In this document: piece after piece, positions 19,954 to 28,742 of the stretch
How positions within the stretch are numbered: position 1 is the first letter of the stretch
How the letters are laid out: each line of letters opens with the position of its first letter
Translations under genes and position numbers: made by a program
The notes under the pieces: generated by a model
The model's input: the letters and a program-made list of their open reading frames with translations, nothing else
What the model was told of the DNA's origin: nothing
Databases searched by the model: none
Origin: an uncultured Pelagibacteraceae bacterium
GTDB taxonomy: Bacteria > Pseudomonadota > Alphaproteobacteria > Pelagibacterales > Pelagibacteraceae
Assembly: GCA_902572155.1 (NCBI GenBank)
Contig: CACGET010000001.1
Location: 1-42,884, forward strand
DNA: 42,884 bases
Direction of reading: 5' to 3'

Positions 19954-22951
19954 TTAACCTCTTATTTTCTTCATCAAAAAATACTGGATTAGCTACAGTT
20001 ACACTAATTGTTTTATCTTCCATTGGAATAAATAATTTTTTACCCATCATATCTTTTCCTCCCCTAACAACTGCTAAAGCAATAGATTTATTCAAATTTG
20101 GACTAAAATAACTAGAAGTTATATGCCCTAACATTTGGATAGGATTTTGATTTAATTCAGATACAATTTGAGCACCTTCCTCTAAAATTATATTTGGATC
20201 ATCAGTTAATAATCCAACCAATTGTTTTCGATCCTCTCTCATTGTATCAGATCTATAAAGAGATCTTTTACCAATAAAATCATATTTCTTTTTACTAACT
20301 ATCCAATCCATTTGGAGATCAATAGGAGTCATTGTTCCATCTGTGTCTTGACCAACTATAATGAAACCTTTTTCTGCTCTTAATAAGTGCATAGTTTCTG
20401 TACCATACGGGGTAATGTTAAATTCTTTTCCTGCTTCTATACATTTTTCCCATAGTGCCTTCCCAAAACTTGCTTGAATATTAACTTCATAACTATGCTC
20501 ACCAGTAAAACTTATTCTCATTACTCTGCATTTAATGTTATTAATTTTTGCCTCTTTAAAGGACATATGAGGAAAATTTTCATCAGAAAGATCCAAATCT
20601 GGAATTATTTTTTTCAATATTTTTTTACTATTAGGACCACAAACACTAGCCGTTGCATAATGGTCAGTAACAGAAGTTAAATATACATCTAGCTCAGGCC
20701 ATTCAGTTTGTAGATAATCCTCAAGTTTTCCTAAAACATTAGCAGCACCACCTGTTGTAGTCGTCATGAGATAATGGTTTTCTCCTAACCTGGTAGTAAC
20801 ACCATCATCATAAACCATTCCATCTTCGTTAAGCATTAGACCATATCTACATTTACCAATTGCAAGTTTTGACCAGGCATTAGTGTAAACTCTATTTAGA
20901 AATTCAGAGGCATCACTTCCTTGAATATCAATCTTACCTAGTGTAGATGCATCTAAAATCCCAGCACTTTCTCTTGCTGCTTTACTTTCTCTCTGTACTG
21001 CTTGATGCATAGTTTCTCCATTAATGGGATAGTACCAACCTCTTTTCCATTGACCAACATTTTCAAACTCAGCTTTATTTTCAATATGCCAATTATTCAT
21101 CGCTGTTCTTCTAAATACATCAAAAAATTCTCCAACATTTCGTCCAACAATAGTTCCAAAAGTTAAAGGAGTGTAGGGAGGTCTAAAGGTTGTAGTACCA
21201 AGTTCGCCCATTTTTACACCCGCAGTATCAGCAATTATTCCAAGAGCATGCATATTTCCGAGTTTACCTTGATCAGTACCCATACCGGTTGTTGTGTATC
21301 TTTTTACATGTTCAATTGATCTAAAACCCTCACGTAATGCTAATTTAATATCCTTTGCTGTAGCGTCATTTTGATAATCCACAAATGGTTTAGTTTTTCC
21401 AATAGCCTTATCAGATGGAAGTAACCAGATATTCCTCTTTGAAGTTTCTTCTTCACTTTCTATTACAATATTATCAAAATCAGTTTGATTTATTTTTAAA
21501 AATTCTTTTAGTTTAATTGACAATTCTTTCATTATTTCATTTAAATTAAAATTCCCATTGCATGAGCCAACACTAATTTGATCTGAAGGGTATTTATTAG
21601 GTAAAAATAAGTTGTTATCTTCATCAAATTTTAATTTGCCACCTGATTGAGTAAATAAGTGTACAGCTGGTGTCCAACCACCCGCAACACCCAAACAATC
21701 ACATGAAATATTAATTCTATTACCAGTTACTGTCATCCCATCATTTGATAATTTCATTATTGAAATGTTATTTAGTCTTCTATAACCATTAGTATCAACA
21801 ACAGTATGTGACCAATAAATTTGAATTCCTACCTGTTTAACAGCTTTAACAATTTTTGAATTTGAATTATTTCTAATATCTATAATTGCATCAACTTTAA
21901 TACCTTTGTTGTATAAACATAATGCACTTTCATAGGCACTATCATTGTTTGTAAAGAACACGTTTTTTTTACCACATTTAACGCCAAAGAAATCAGCATA
22001 TTTTTTTACAGCAGTTGATAGCATTATTCCTGGTCTGTCGTTGTTATTAAAAATAAGTGGTCTCTCCAAAGCACCTGTTGCAAGTATTACTTTTTTAGCT
22101 CGTATTTTTAATAGTCTTTGTCTTACTTTATTATCTTTATCTTTATTTTCTAAATGATCTGTTAAATTTTCTCTGGCCAATAAATAATTATATCCATGAT
22201 AGGCTGCTACACTTGTTCTTGTTTTAATTTCCAGGTTACTAATATTTTTTAGTCCATTTATTTCTTTTTTGATCCAATCTGAGGAACTTTGATTGTCAAT
22301 TTTATTAAACTCTTTATTTTGATATATTGTTGCTCCACCAAGTTCATTTTTTTCATCAATCAATAAAGTTTTAAAATTATTTTTAGCAGCATTTTTGGCA
22401 GCCAATATTCCCGATATACCTGCCCCAACAACGAGAACATCACAATGGATATTTCTATGATCATAAATATCAGGATCTTTTTCTGATGGTGATTTACCTA
22501 AACCAGCTGAATGTCTTATAAAAAATTCATATTTTTCCCAAAAGCTAGCTGGCCACATAAAAGTTTTATAATAAAAACCAGCAGGTAAAAATGGAGAAAT
22601 TAGATTATTTATTCCACCAATATCAAAATTTACGTTTGGCCAACAATTTTGGCTTGAAGCTTCTAAACCCTCATAAATTTCAACCTCTGTAGCTCTAACG
22701 TTAGGTTCTGTTCGATTTGTCTTATCATTAACTTGAACAATGGCATTTGGTTCTTCTGAACCAGCTGTCATAATTCCTCTTGGTCTGTGATATTTAAAAC
22801 TTCTTCCTACTAAATGAACATCATTAGCGAGTAGAGCGGAGGCTAATGTATCGCCTTTAAATCCATAATATGTTTTACCATTAAACTTAAATGAAACTCT
22901 ATGTGTTTCATCAATATATTCACTAGATTTAACTCTTAAATTTGCCGACAT
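19946..22951 (-). CDS. soxA: Sarcosine oxidase subunit alpha
   Basis: GDTLASALLAN, RSFKYHRPRG, AGFYYKTFMWP, KRYTTTGMGTDQGK; C-terminal GcvT-like folate domain (DASTLGKI, RISFTGEHSYE). Confidence 0.96.
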   Translation of the reverse strand: MSANLRVKSSEYIDETHRVSFKFNGKTYYGFKGDTLASALLANDVHLVGRSFKYHRPRGIMTAGSEEPNAIVQVNDKTNRTEPNVRATEVEIYEGLEASSQNCWPNVNFDIGGINNLISPFLPAGFYYKTFMWPASFWEKYEFFIRHSAGLGKSPSEKDPDIYDHRNIHCDVLVVGAGISGILAAKNAAKNNFKTLLIDEKNELGGATIYQNKEFNKIDNQSSSDWIKKEINGLKNISNLEIKTRTSVAAYHGYNYLLARENLTDHLENKDKDNKVRQRLLKIRAKKVILATGALERPLIFNNNDRPGIMLSTAVKKYADFFGVKCGKKNVFFTNNDSAYESALCLYNKGIKVDAIIDIRNNSNSKIVKAVKQVGIQIYWSHTVVDTNGYRRLNNISIMKLSNDGMTVTGNRINISCDCLGVAGGWTPAVHLFTQSGGKLKFDEDNNLFLPNKYPSDQISVGSCNGNFNLNEIMKELSIKLKEFLKINQTDFDNIVIESEEETSKRNIWLLPSDKAIGKTKPFVDYQNDATAKDIKLALREGFRSIEHVKRYTTTGMGTDQGKLGNMHALGIIADTAGVKMGELGTTTFRPPYTPLTFGTIVGRNVGEFFDVFRRTAMNNWHIENKAEFENVGQWKRGWYYPINGETMHQAVQRESKAARESAGILDASTLGKIDIQGSDASEFLNRVYTNAWSKLAIGKCRYGLMLNEDGMVYDDGVTTRLGENHYLMTTTTGGAANVLGKLEDYLQTEWPELDVYLTSVTDHYATASVCGPNSKKILKKIIPDLDLSDENFPHMSFKEAKINNIKCRVMRISFTGEHSYEVNIQASFGKALWEKCIEAGKEFNITPYGTETMHLLRAEKGFIIVGQDTDGTMTPIDLQMDWIVSKKKYDFIGKRSLYRSDTMREDRKQLVGLLTDDPNIILEEGAQIVSELNQNPIQMLGHITSSYFSPNLNKSIALAVVRGGKDMMGKKLFIPMEDKTISVTVANPVFFDEENKRLNA

Positions 22952-22952
22952 A

Positions 22953-23228
22953 TTATTCTAACGGTGGTTTTTCACCCATTTTATAAACTAATTTGATTTC
23001 ATCATTAGAAGTATCTCTGACCATATTGAACCACTTTCTACATCCATGTGCATGGTTCCATCTTTCAAACTGAACACCCTTAATATTTTTTCTCATAAAT
23101 AAATACTCTGCCCATTCATCATCACTTAATTCAGTAGGTTGTTTCGGTCTTTCTATGTGTGCTTCACCACCAGCTTTAAATTCTTGCTGATCTCGCTCTC
23201 CACAATAAGGACAATTAATTACAAACAT
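22953..23228 (-). CDS. soxD: Sarcosine oxidase subunit delta
   Basis: CPYCGER..EF..GGEAH, ERW.H.HGCRKWFN.VRDT zinc motif. Confidence 0.95.
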   Translation of the reverse strand: MFVINCPYCGERDQQEFKAGGEAHIERPKQPTELSDDEWAEYLFMRKNIKGVQFERWNHAHGCRKWFNMVRDTSNDEIKLVYKMGEKPPLE

Positions 23229-24481
23229 TAGTGAGCAACAGCTGCAGCTCCATGTTCATCAACAAGATCACCACTAACAAATCTATTTAAATTAAATGCA
23301 GCATTAAGTTTATGTGGTTCATCATTTGCAATAGTATGAGCAAATAAATCTCCTGATCCTGGAGTTGCTTTAAATCCACCAGTACCCCAACCACAATTAA
23401 AATATAATCCTTTAATTGATGTCTTGCTTAATATAGGGCTTGCATCAGGACAAATGTCTACAATTCCACCCCATTGTCTTAACATTCTCATTCTACTGAA
23501 AATTGGATAAAGTTCTAAAATTGCATTAAGAGTACCTTCAACAATTTGATGACTTCCTTTTTGTGTATAAGATACATAATCATCTGTTCCTGCACCTATA
23601 ACTAACTCACCTTTATCAGATTGACTAACATAAGCATGTACGGCGTTAGACATAACTACTGTATCTATTATTGGTTTTACAGGTTCTGAAACTAAAGCTT
23701 GTAATGGTTTACTTTCAAGTGGTAGTCTCAAACCAGCCATATTAGCAATTACACTGGAATGACCAGCAGCTACGACACCAATTTTTTTTGTTTTTATAAA
23801 TCCTCTTGTTGTTTCTATACCTTCTACGGCATCACCATTTCTTTTAATTCCTATAACTTCACAATTCTGAATTATATCAACTCCCATTTCATCTGCTCCT
23901 CTAGCATAACCCCATGCTACAGCATCATGTCTAGCTGTACCAGCTCTTCTTTGAAGTGTTCCACCTAAAACAGGATATCTAATGTCAGGTGATGTATTTA
24001 TAATTGGACAAAATTTTTTTACCTCATCAGTATTTAGATAAACAGCATCAATGCCATTTAGTCTGTTTGCATGAGTTCTTCTTTTTAAATCTCTAACATC
24101 TTGAAGGTTATGAGCAAGATTCATAACTCCTCTTTGACTAAACATTACATTGTAATTTAATTCTTGAGATAATCCTTCCCAAATTTTTAAAGCATGATCA
24201 TAAAGCCCCGCACTAGCATCCCACAAATAATTAGATCTTATAATGGTTGTATTTCTTCCTGTATTTCCTCCACCTATCCATCCTTTTTCTACAACAGCAA
24301 TATTTTTCATATTATGTTTTTTTGCTAAATAATATGCTGTAGCTAATCCATGACCACCACCACCAACTATAACAGTGTCGTATTCTTTTTTAGGAGATGG
24401 GTCTTTCCATGCCCTTTGCCAATTTTCATGGTCAGAAAAAGCATTTTTAATCAAAGAAAATACTGAATACTTATTTTTCAT
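23228..24481 (-). CDS. soxB: Sarcosine oxidase subunit beta
   Basis: [59 protein letters not shown]-terminal GAAAVAH. Confidence 0.97.
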   Translation of the reverse strand: MKNKYSVFSLIKNAFSDHENWQRAWKDPSPKKEYDTVIVGGGGHGLATAYYLAKKHNMKNIAVVEKGWIGGGNTGRNTTIIRSNYLWDASAGLYDHALKIWEGLSQELNYNVMFSQRGVMNLAHNLQDVRDLKRRTHANRLNGIDAVYLNTDEVKKFCPIINTSPDIRYPVLGGTLQRRAGTARHDAVAWGYARGADEMGVDIIQNCEVIGIKRNGDAVEGIETTRGFIKTKKIGVVAAGHSSVIANMAGLRLPLESKPLQALVSEPVKPIIDTVVMSNAVHAYVSQSDKGELVIGAGTDDYVSYTQKGSHQIVEGTLNAILELYPIFSRMRMLRQWGGIVDICPDASPILSKTSIKGLYFNCGWGTGGFKATPGSGDLFAHTIANDEPHKLNAAFNLNRFVSGDLVDEHGAAAVAH

Positions 24482-24547
24482 ACTAATGAATAATTACTTT
24501 ATAAATGTTGAATTTTCAATACAATCACTTATTACACTATGTCTTAC

Positions 24548-24639
24548 GGAAGAGTGGGTGAGAGGCTGAAACCAGTCGTTTGCTAAATGACCGTGCGAGG
24601 AAACTTGTACCGAGGGTTCGAATCCCTCCTCTTCCGCCA
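24548..24639 (+). tRNA. tRNA-Ser(GCT)
   Basis: Acceptor stem GGAAGAG/CTCTTCC, discriminator G and encoded CCA; anticodon arm GTCGT-TTGCTAA-ATGAC; long variable arm; T-arm GAGGG-TTCGAAT-CCCTC. Confidence 0.97.
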
Positions 24640-26850
24640 TTAAAATAAAGGTTGATCTTTAAAGAAATCTTTCATTAAAATCGGTTTTTTTTCAAGAATA
24701 TATCGATATACGTTATAATTCTCTAAAACACGCTGCACATAATTTCTGGTCTCTCTAAATTTTATTAGTTCAATCCAATTAACATAATCTATTTGTTTTT
24801 TTTGAGGATTTTTATTAATTTTTTTCCAATATTTTACTCTATTAGGGCCAGCATTATATGCAGCAGTAGCAAAAGGATAAGCACCATCATACTGAAGAAT
24901 TAATCCTGCTATGTAGTGTGATCCTAAATTTATATTATATTCAGGATCAGTAGTTAATCTAGATTTTGAATAAGGTAATTTGGCTTGTTTAGAAACTAGT
25001 TTTGCTGTGTATGGCATCAATTGCATTAATCCTTTGGCGCCAGCATGACTGTTTGCACTTAGATCAAACTCACTTTCTTGTCTGATAATAGATAAAATAA
25101 ATGCACTTTCAGGTATCTTTCTACCATTTATTTTCTTTGGAGTACTTATAATTGGGTAATTGTAAGTATTATGAAATCTTTTTTGATAAGAAGCAATTTT
25201 AGAAACTTGAATTGCAAAATCGTATCTTTCAATATTTGTGGCAAGCTCTGCTGCTAAAATTTCACTACCTTTTTGAATATTATCATTAGCAAGATGTCTT
25301 AAAATATGCTTTGTATATTTATCTTTTTTTAGTTCATTTAAAAGATATGAGATTTTTACTAGTTCCTTATTAAAGAATACGTATCTATACTTTTTTTCAA
25401 ATTCCATATCGTTTGGAAGTTCAAATTTACCATTAGGATTTAACTTTAAAAAAGCCAACTGACCATAATAAGTAGTTAAATATTTAGCAGCTTCCTGATA
25501 CCATTTTTTTGATTGTTCATTATCTTTTAACTTTTCATATGTTTTACCAAGCCAGTAGGCTCCTCTTGAAGTACTTATTGGGTATCCAACGTTATTATAA
25601 AAATTCTGAAAATGATTTTTTGCAATTAAAGGATCATTTAAGAAACTTAAAGCTATCCATCCACTCATCCATTCTGCTGCAGCAAAATTAGCACCTTCAG
25701 TTAATGCGTGATTACTTGCTATTTTGTATGCAAGCTCATATTTTTTTTTATATATTAATGATCTTGAAATGATTTCTCTTTCTGTCCACCACTTATCTGG
25801 TCTTACTAAATATTCCTTTGTATTTTTAACACTTACTAATATTTCTACAGAAGAGTCAACACGACCTCTTTTTCTTCGCCATTTTAAACGATCGTAATTT
25901 AAACCAGCATCATTTTTAAATTTAGCTGGAACATTTTTGATTGCTTGATCAACTCCATAAGATTTACTCATTAACAATTGTCTTGCATTATATAAAAGTT
26001 CGTAATCTTTTGGTAAATACCTTATCAACCTTCTTAAATCCCAATATTTATTACTCCAAGCTAAATAATCAGCTCTTTTTATGTAGTCGTCAGCATTAAG
26101 ATATTTCTTAAATTTTTTTCTATAAAAAATTAATTCACTTTTTGATAAATCAGCAGTTATCCATCCTTGTTTAATCTGTTTTTTTCCTATAGATAAATTC
26201 CCTTTTAGTATATTACTTTCCCCCAAGATCATTTTACCAAATCCGCTAAGTGGTTCTTCTTCACCAAACCAATCAATAATTTTTTGTGGAGATATTTTTT
26301 GGGTCGATAGTTTGTGCTCTGCAAGATATTTTAATCTGTTAATTCTTGGATAGTTTATATTGTTGTCTATAAATATCTTGTAATCATAGAAAGATGCAGA
26401 ATTACCAGTAGTCAATAAATGTCTCCATTGAATAAAATTATATATTGATTTGTCTTTTGCTTGTTTTGCTGTTTTAATTGAAGTGGACCATTTACTTTTT
26501 TCCATTTCAGAAATTGCTTTTTTAGCTAAAGCAAAGTCCTTTTTGTTGTAGTATTTAGATATTTTTATATTTTTTGCTTTAATAATTCCTGTAATTACTG
26601 GTTTTTTTTTAGGCACTGAAAAATTGAGTTTTTTGACTGTTTTAATAGCAGTTGTCTTTTCAACTTCTTTTTTTAATTTAGGTTTTTTTAATGGTTTTAA
26701 AATATTGATTGAAATTTTTTTTTCTATTTCCTCATCACTTAGAATGGGTTTTTTTAAAGGAATAATCGTCGCATTATCTGCAAGTAGATAACTTGAATTA
26801 CAAAATAATAATGTAAATATTGAGGTGAATATTATTAATTTTTTAAACAT
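24640..26850 (-). CDS. slt: Soluble lytic murein transglycosylase (Slt70-like)
   Basis: Signal peptide, long helical region, C-terminal IIRQESEF (catalytic Glu), AGAKGLMQLMP, AAYNAGP, ETRNYVQRV; divergent from dapA. Confidence 0.92.
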   Translation of the reverse strand: MFKKLIIFTSIFTLLFCNSSYLLADNATIIPLKKPILSDEEIEKKISINILKPLKKPKLKKEVEKTTAIKTVKKLNFSVPKKKPVITGIIKAKNIKISKYYNKKDFALAKKAISEMEKSKWSTSIKTAKQAKDKSIYNFIQWRHLLTTGNSASFYDYKIFIDNNINYPRINRLKYLAEHKLSTQKISPQKIIDWFGEEEPLSGFGKMILGESNILKGNLSIGKKQIKQGWITADLSKSELIFYRKKFKKYLNADDYIKRADYLAWSNKYWDLRRLIRYLPKDYELLYNARQLLMSKSYGVDQAIKNVPAKFKNDAGLNYDRLKWRRKRGRVDSSVEILVSVKNTKEYLVRPDKWWTEREIISRSLIYKKKYELAYKIASNHALTEGANFAAAEWMSGWIALSFLNDPLIAKNHFQNFYNNVGYPISTSRGAYWLGKTYEKLKDNEQSKKWYQEAAKYLTTYYGQLAFLKLNPNGKFELPNDMEFEKKYRYVFFNKELVKISYLLNELKKDKYTKHILRHLANDNIQKGSEILAAELATNIERYDFAIQVSKIASYQKRFHNTYNYPIISTPKKINGRKIPESAFILSIIRQESEFDLSANSHAGAKGLMQLMPYTAKLVSKQAKLPYSKSRLTTDPEYNINLGSHYIAGLILQYDGAYPFATAAYNAGPNRVKYWKKINKNPQKKQIDYVNWIELIKFRETRNYVQRVLENYNVYRYILEKKPILMKDFFKDQPLF

Positions 26851-26879
26851 AATCTTTTAGTATATGAATCATTAAACTA

Positions 26880-26888
26880 TGTTATAAG
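26880..26888 (+). promoter_or_regulatory. Putative extended -10 promoter of dapA
   Basis: TGtTATAAG ends 5 nt before the dapA ATG; no Shine-Dalgarno sequence. Confidence 0.4.
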
Positions 26889-26893
26889 TATTT

Positions 26894-27775
26894 ATGTTCA
26901 AAGGTTCAAATGTTGCTTTAATTACCCCATTCAAGAATAATAAGCTTGATGAGGAAGCTTATATAAAATTAATTCATTTTCATCTTGAAAATGGGACTAA
27001 TGGTTTGGTGCCTGCTGGAACCACAGGTGAGTCCCCAACTTTAAGCCATGAAGAGCATCAGAGAGTTATAGACTTATGTATTCGAGAAAGTAATGGAAAA
27101 ATACCTGTAATTGCTGGTACAGGCTCTAATTCAACAGAAGAAGCTATTTCATTAACTTTGCACGCAGAGAAAGCAGGTGCAAACGGAGCGCTTGTTGTTA
27201 CTCCTTATTATAATAAACCCACTCAAGAAGGATTATATCAACATTATAAAGCTATTAATGATAACGTAGGTATACCAATTATAATTTACAATATTCCTAG
27301 CAGATGCGTAATTGATATGTCCGTTGACACTATGGCAAAATTATTCGAACTAAAAAATATTGCTGGTGTGAAAGATGCAACAGGAGATTTAAATAGACTT
27401 GATGAGACAATAAAGAAATTAGGTCCAGAATTTATCCAGCTTACTGGCGAAGATGGATTGGCTTTAAGATTTAATAAAAGAGGAGGTGTAGGAATTATTT
27501 CAGTTACTGCTAACATTGCACCTAAATTATGTTCAGATATGCAAAAATTTTCTAAGTCTGAGTCAGATAATGAGTCAAAAGAAGCTGAAAGAATAGATCA
27601 GATATTACAACCTGTTCATAAATCTTTATTTATTGAAAGCAATCCAGCACCTGCAAAATATGCTGCAAAACTTTTAGGATTATGTGATGATGAAATTAGA
27701 TTGCCTTTAGTAAGAATAAAAAAAGAAACAGAGGAAGAGGTTAAAAAAGCTCTAAGTTTTGCTAAATTAATCTAA
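26894..27775 (+). CDS. dapA: 4-hydroxy-tetrahydrodipicolinate synthase
   Basis: [42 protein letters not shown] (Schiff-base Lys), ESNPAPAK. Confidence 0.97.
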   Translation: MFKGSNVALITPFKNNKLDEEAYIKLIHFHLENGTNGLVPAGTTGESPTLSHEEHQRVIDLCIRESNGKIPVIAGTGSNSTEEAISLTLHAEKAGANGALVVTPYYNKPTQEGLYQHYKAINDNVGIPIIIYNIPSRCVIDMSVDTMAKLFELKNIAGVKDATGDLNRLDETIKKLGPEFIQLTGEDGLALRFNKRGGVGIISVTANIAPKLCSDMQKFSKSESDNESKEAERIDQILQPVHKSLFIESNPAPAKYAAKLLGLCDDEIRLPLVRIKKETEEEVKKALSFAKLI

Positions 27776-28245
27776 TGAAACCTAAAACCAATCCTGGTTT
27801 AAAAATAATAGCATTAAATAGAAAAGCTAGTTTTAACTATTTTTTTGAGGATTTATTAGAAGCAGGTTTGTCTCTTAAAGGATCAGAAATAAAATCTATT
27901 AGAGAAGGTAAAGTAAATATTGCAGACTCTTATGCTATTGAAAAAAATGGTGAACTTATTTTAATTAATTCACATATTGCCTTATATAAACATGCAGGCT
28001 ACTCAAATCACAATCCAACTGATGAAAGAAAACTTTTATTAAATAAAAAAGAAATTAATAAATTAATCGGTAAAATGCAGAGAGATGGATTTACTATTAT
28101 TCCAACCAAAATGTATTTTAAAAAAGGAAAGGCAAAAATAGAGCTAGCTATTGCAAAAGGAAAAAAACAATTTGATAAAAGAGCCACTAAGAAAAATAGA
28201 GATTGGAATCGTGACAAAGCAAGATATATCAGAAAATCAAGCTAA
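27775..28245 (+). CDS. smpB: SsrA-binding protein
   Basis: [42 protein letters not shown]. Confidence 0.97.
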   Translation: MKPKTNPGLKIIALNRKASFNYFFEDLLEAGLSLKGSEIKSIREGKVNIADSYAIEKNGELILINSHIALYKHAGYSNHNPTDERKLLLNKKEINKLIGKMQRDGFTIIPTKMYFKKGKAKIELAIAKGKKQFDKRATKKNRDWNRDKARYIRKSS

Positions 28246-28723
28246 CAACATTTATTTAGGTATTGGCTCTAATTTAGGAAATAGAAAATTGAATATTGAA
28301 AAAGCTAAGTTTTTTTTAAATCAAAGTAACATTAATTGTATTAAAATATCTGAATATTATGAAACACCGTCTTGGCCCGATCCAAGTAAACCTAAGTTTT
28401 TAAACTTAGTCTTAAAAGTCAACTGTAACTATAACCCCATTGACTTATTGAAAATGTGTAAAGTAATTGAATTTAAATTAGGCAGAAGAGAAGGTGTAAA
28501 AAACTCTCCTCGAATATGTGATATTGATATCATTGATTTTAATGGATTAATTTTAAATGAAGGACTCACGTTACCTCACAAATTAATGCACAAAAGAAAT
28601 TTTGTGTTATTACCTTTATTTGAAATTGAAAAGCAGTGGTTACATCCACTTTTTAATATAGATCTTAAAAAATTGATTTATTCACTACCAAATAAGGACA
28701 TTAGATCTATTAAAAAACTTTAA
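28211..28723 (+). CDS. folK: 2-amino-4-hydroxy-6-hydroxymethyldihydropteridine diphosphokinase
   Basis: [40 protein letters not shown]. Likely GTG start at 28211, overlapping smpB. Confidence 0.93.
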   Translation: MTKQDISENQANNIYLGIGSNLGNRKLNIEKAKFFLNQSNINCIKISEYYETPSWPDPSKPKFLNLVLKVNCNYNPIDLLKMCKVIEFKLGRREGVKNSPRICDIDIIDFNGLILNEGLTLPHKLMHKRNFVLLPLFEIEKQWLHPLFNIDLKKLIYSLPNKDIRSIKKL

Positions 28724-28728
28724 TTTAA

Positions 28729-28737
28729 TGTTATAAT
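28729..28737 (+). promoter_or_regulatory. Extended -10 promoter (TGnTATAAT) of rsh
   Basis: Perfect TGTTATAAT in the 19-bp folK-rsh spacer, ending 5 nt before the ATG at 28743. Confidence 0.55.
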
Positions 28738-28742
28738 GAATA

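Noticed and set aside
19390-24481. soxBDAG as N-methylglutamate dehydrogenase (mgdABCD)
   Set aside because: No gmaS or mgsABC nearby, and the beta subunit reads like classic sarcosine oxidases (SNYLWD). Not fully excluded without a phylogeny.
24375-24569. 64-aa ORF spanning the soxB start and the tRNA 5' end
   Set aside because: Antisense to soxB and overlapping the tRNA; no coding features.
24548-24700. tRNA-Ser as integration site of a genomic island
   Set aside because: No integrase, no duplicated tRNA 3' end seen, and core gene slt follows immediately.
8712-28210. Longer N-termini given by the ORF track for pyrB (8750), gatC (9230), Fe-ADH (15836), SBP (19412) and folK (28151)
   Set aside because: The extensions overlap neighbours or promoters and precede the family-typical N-terminus or signal peptide; downstream starts were used.
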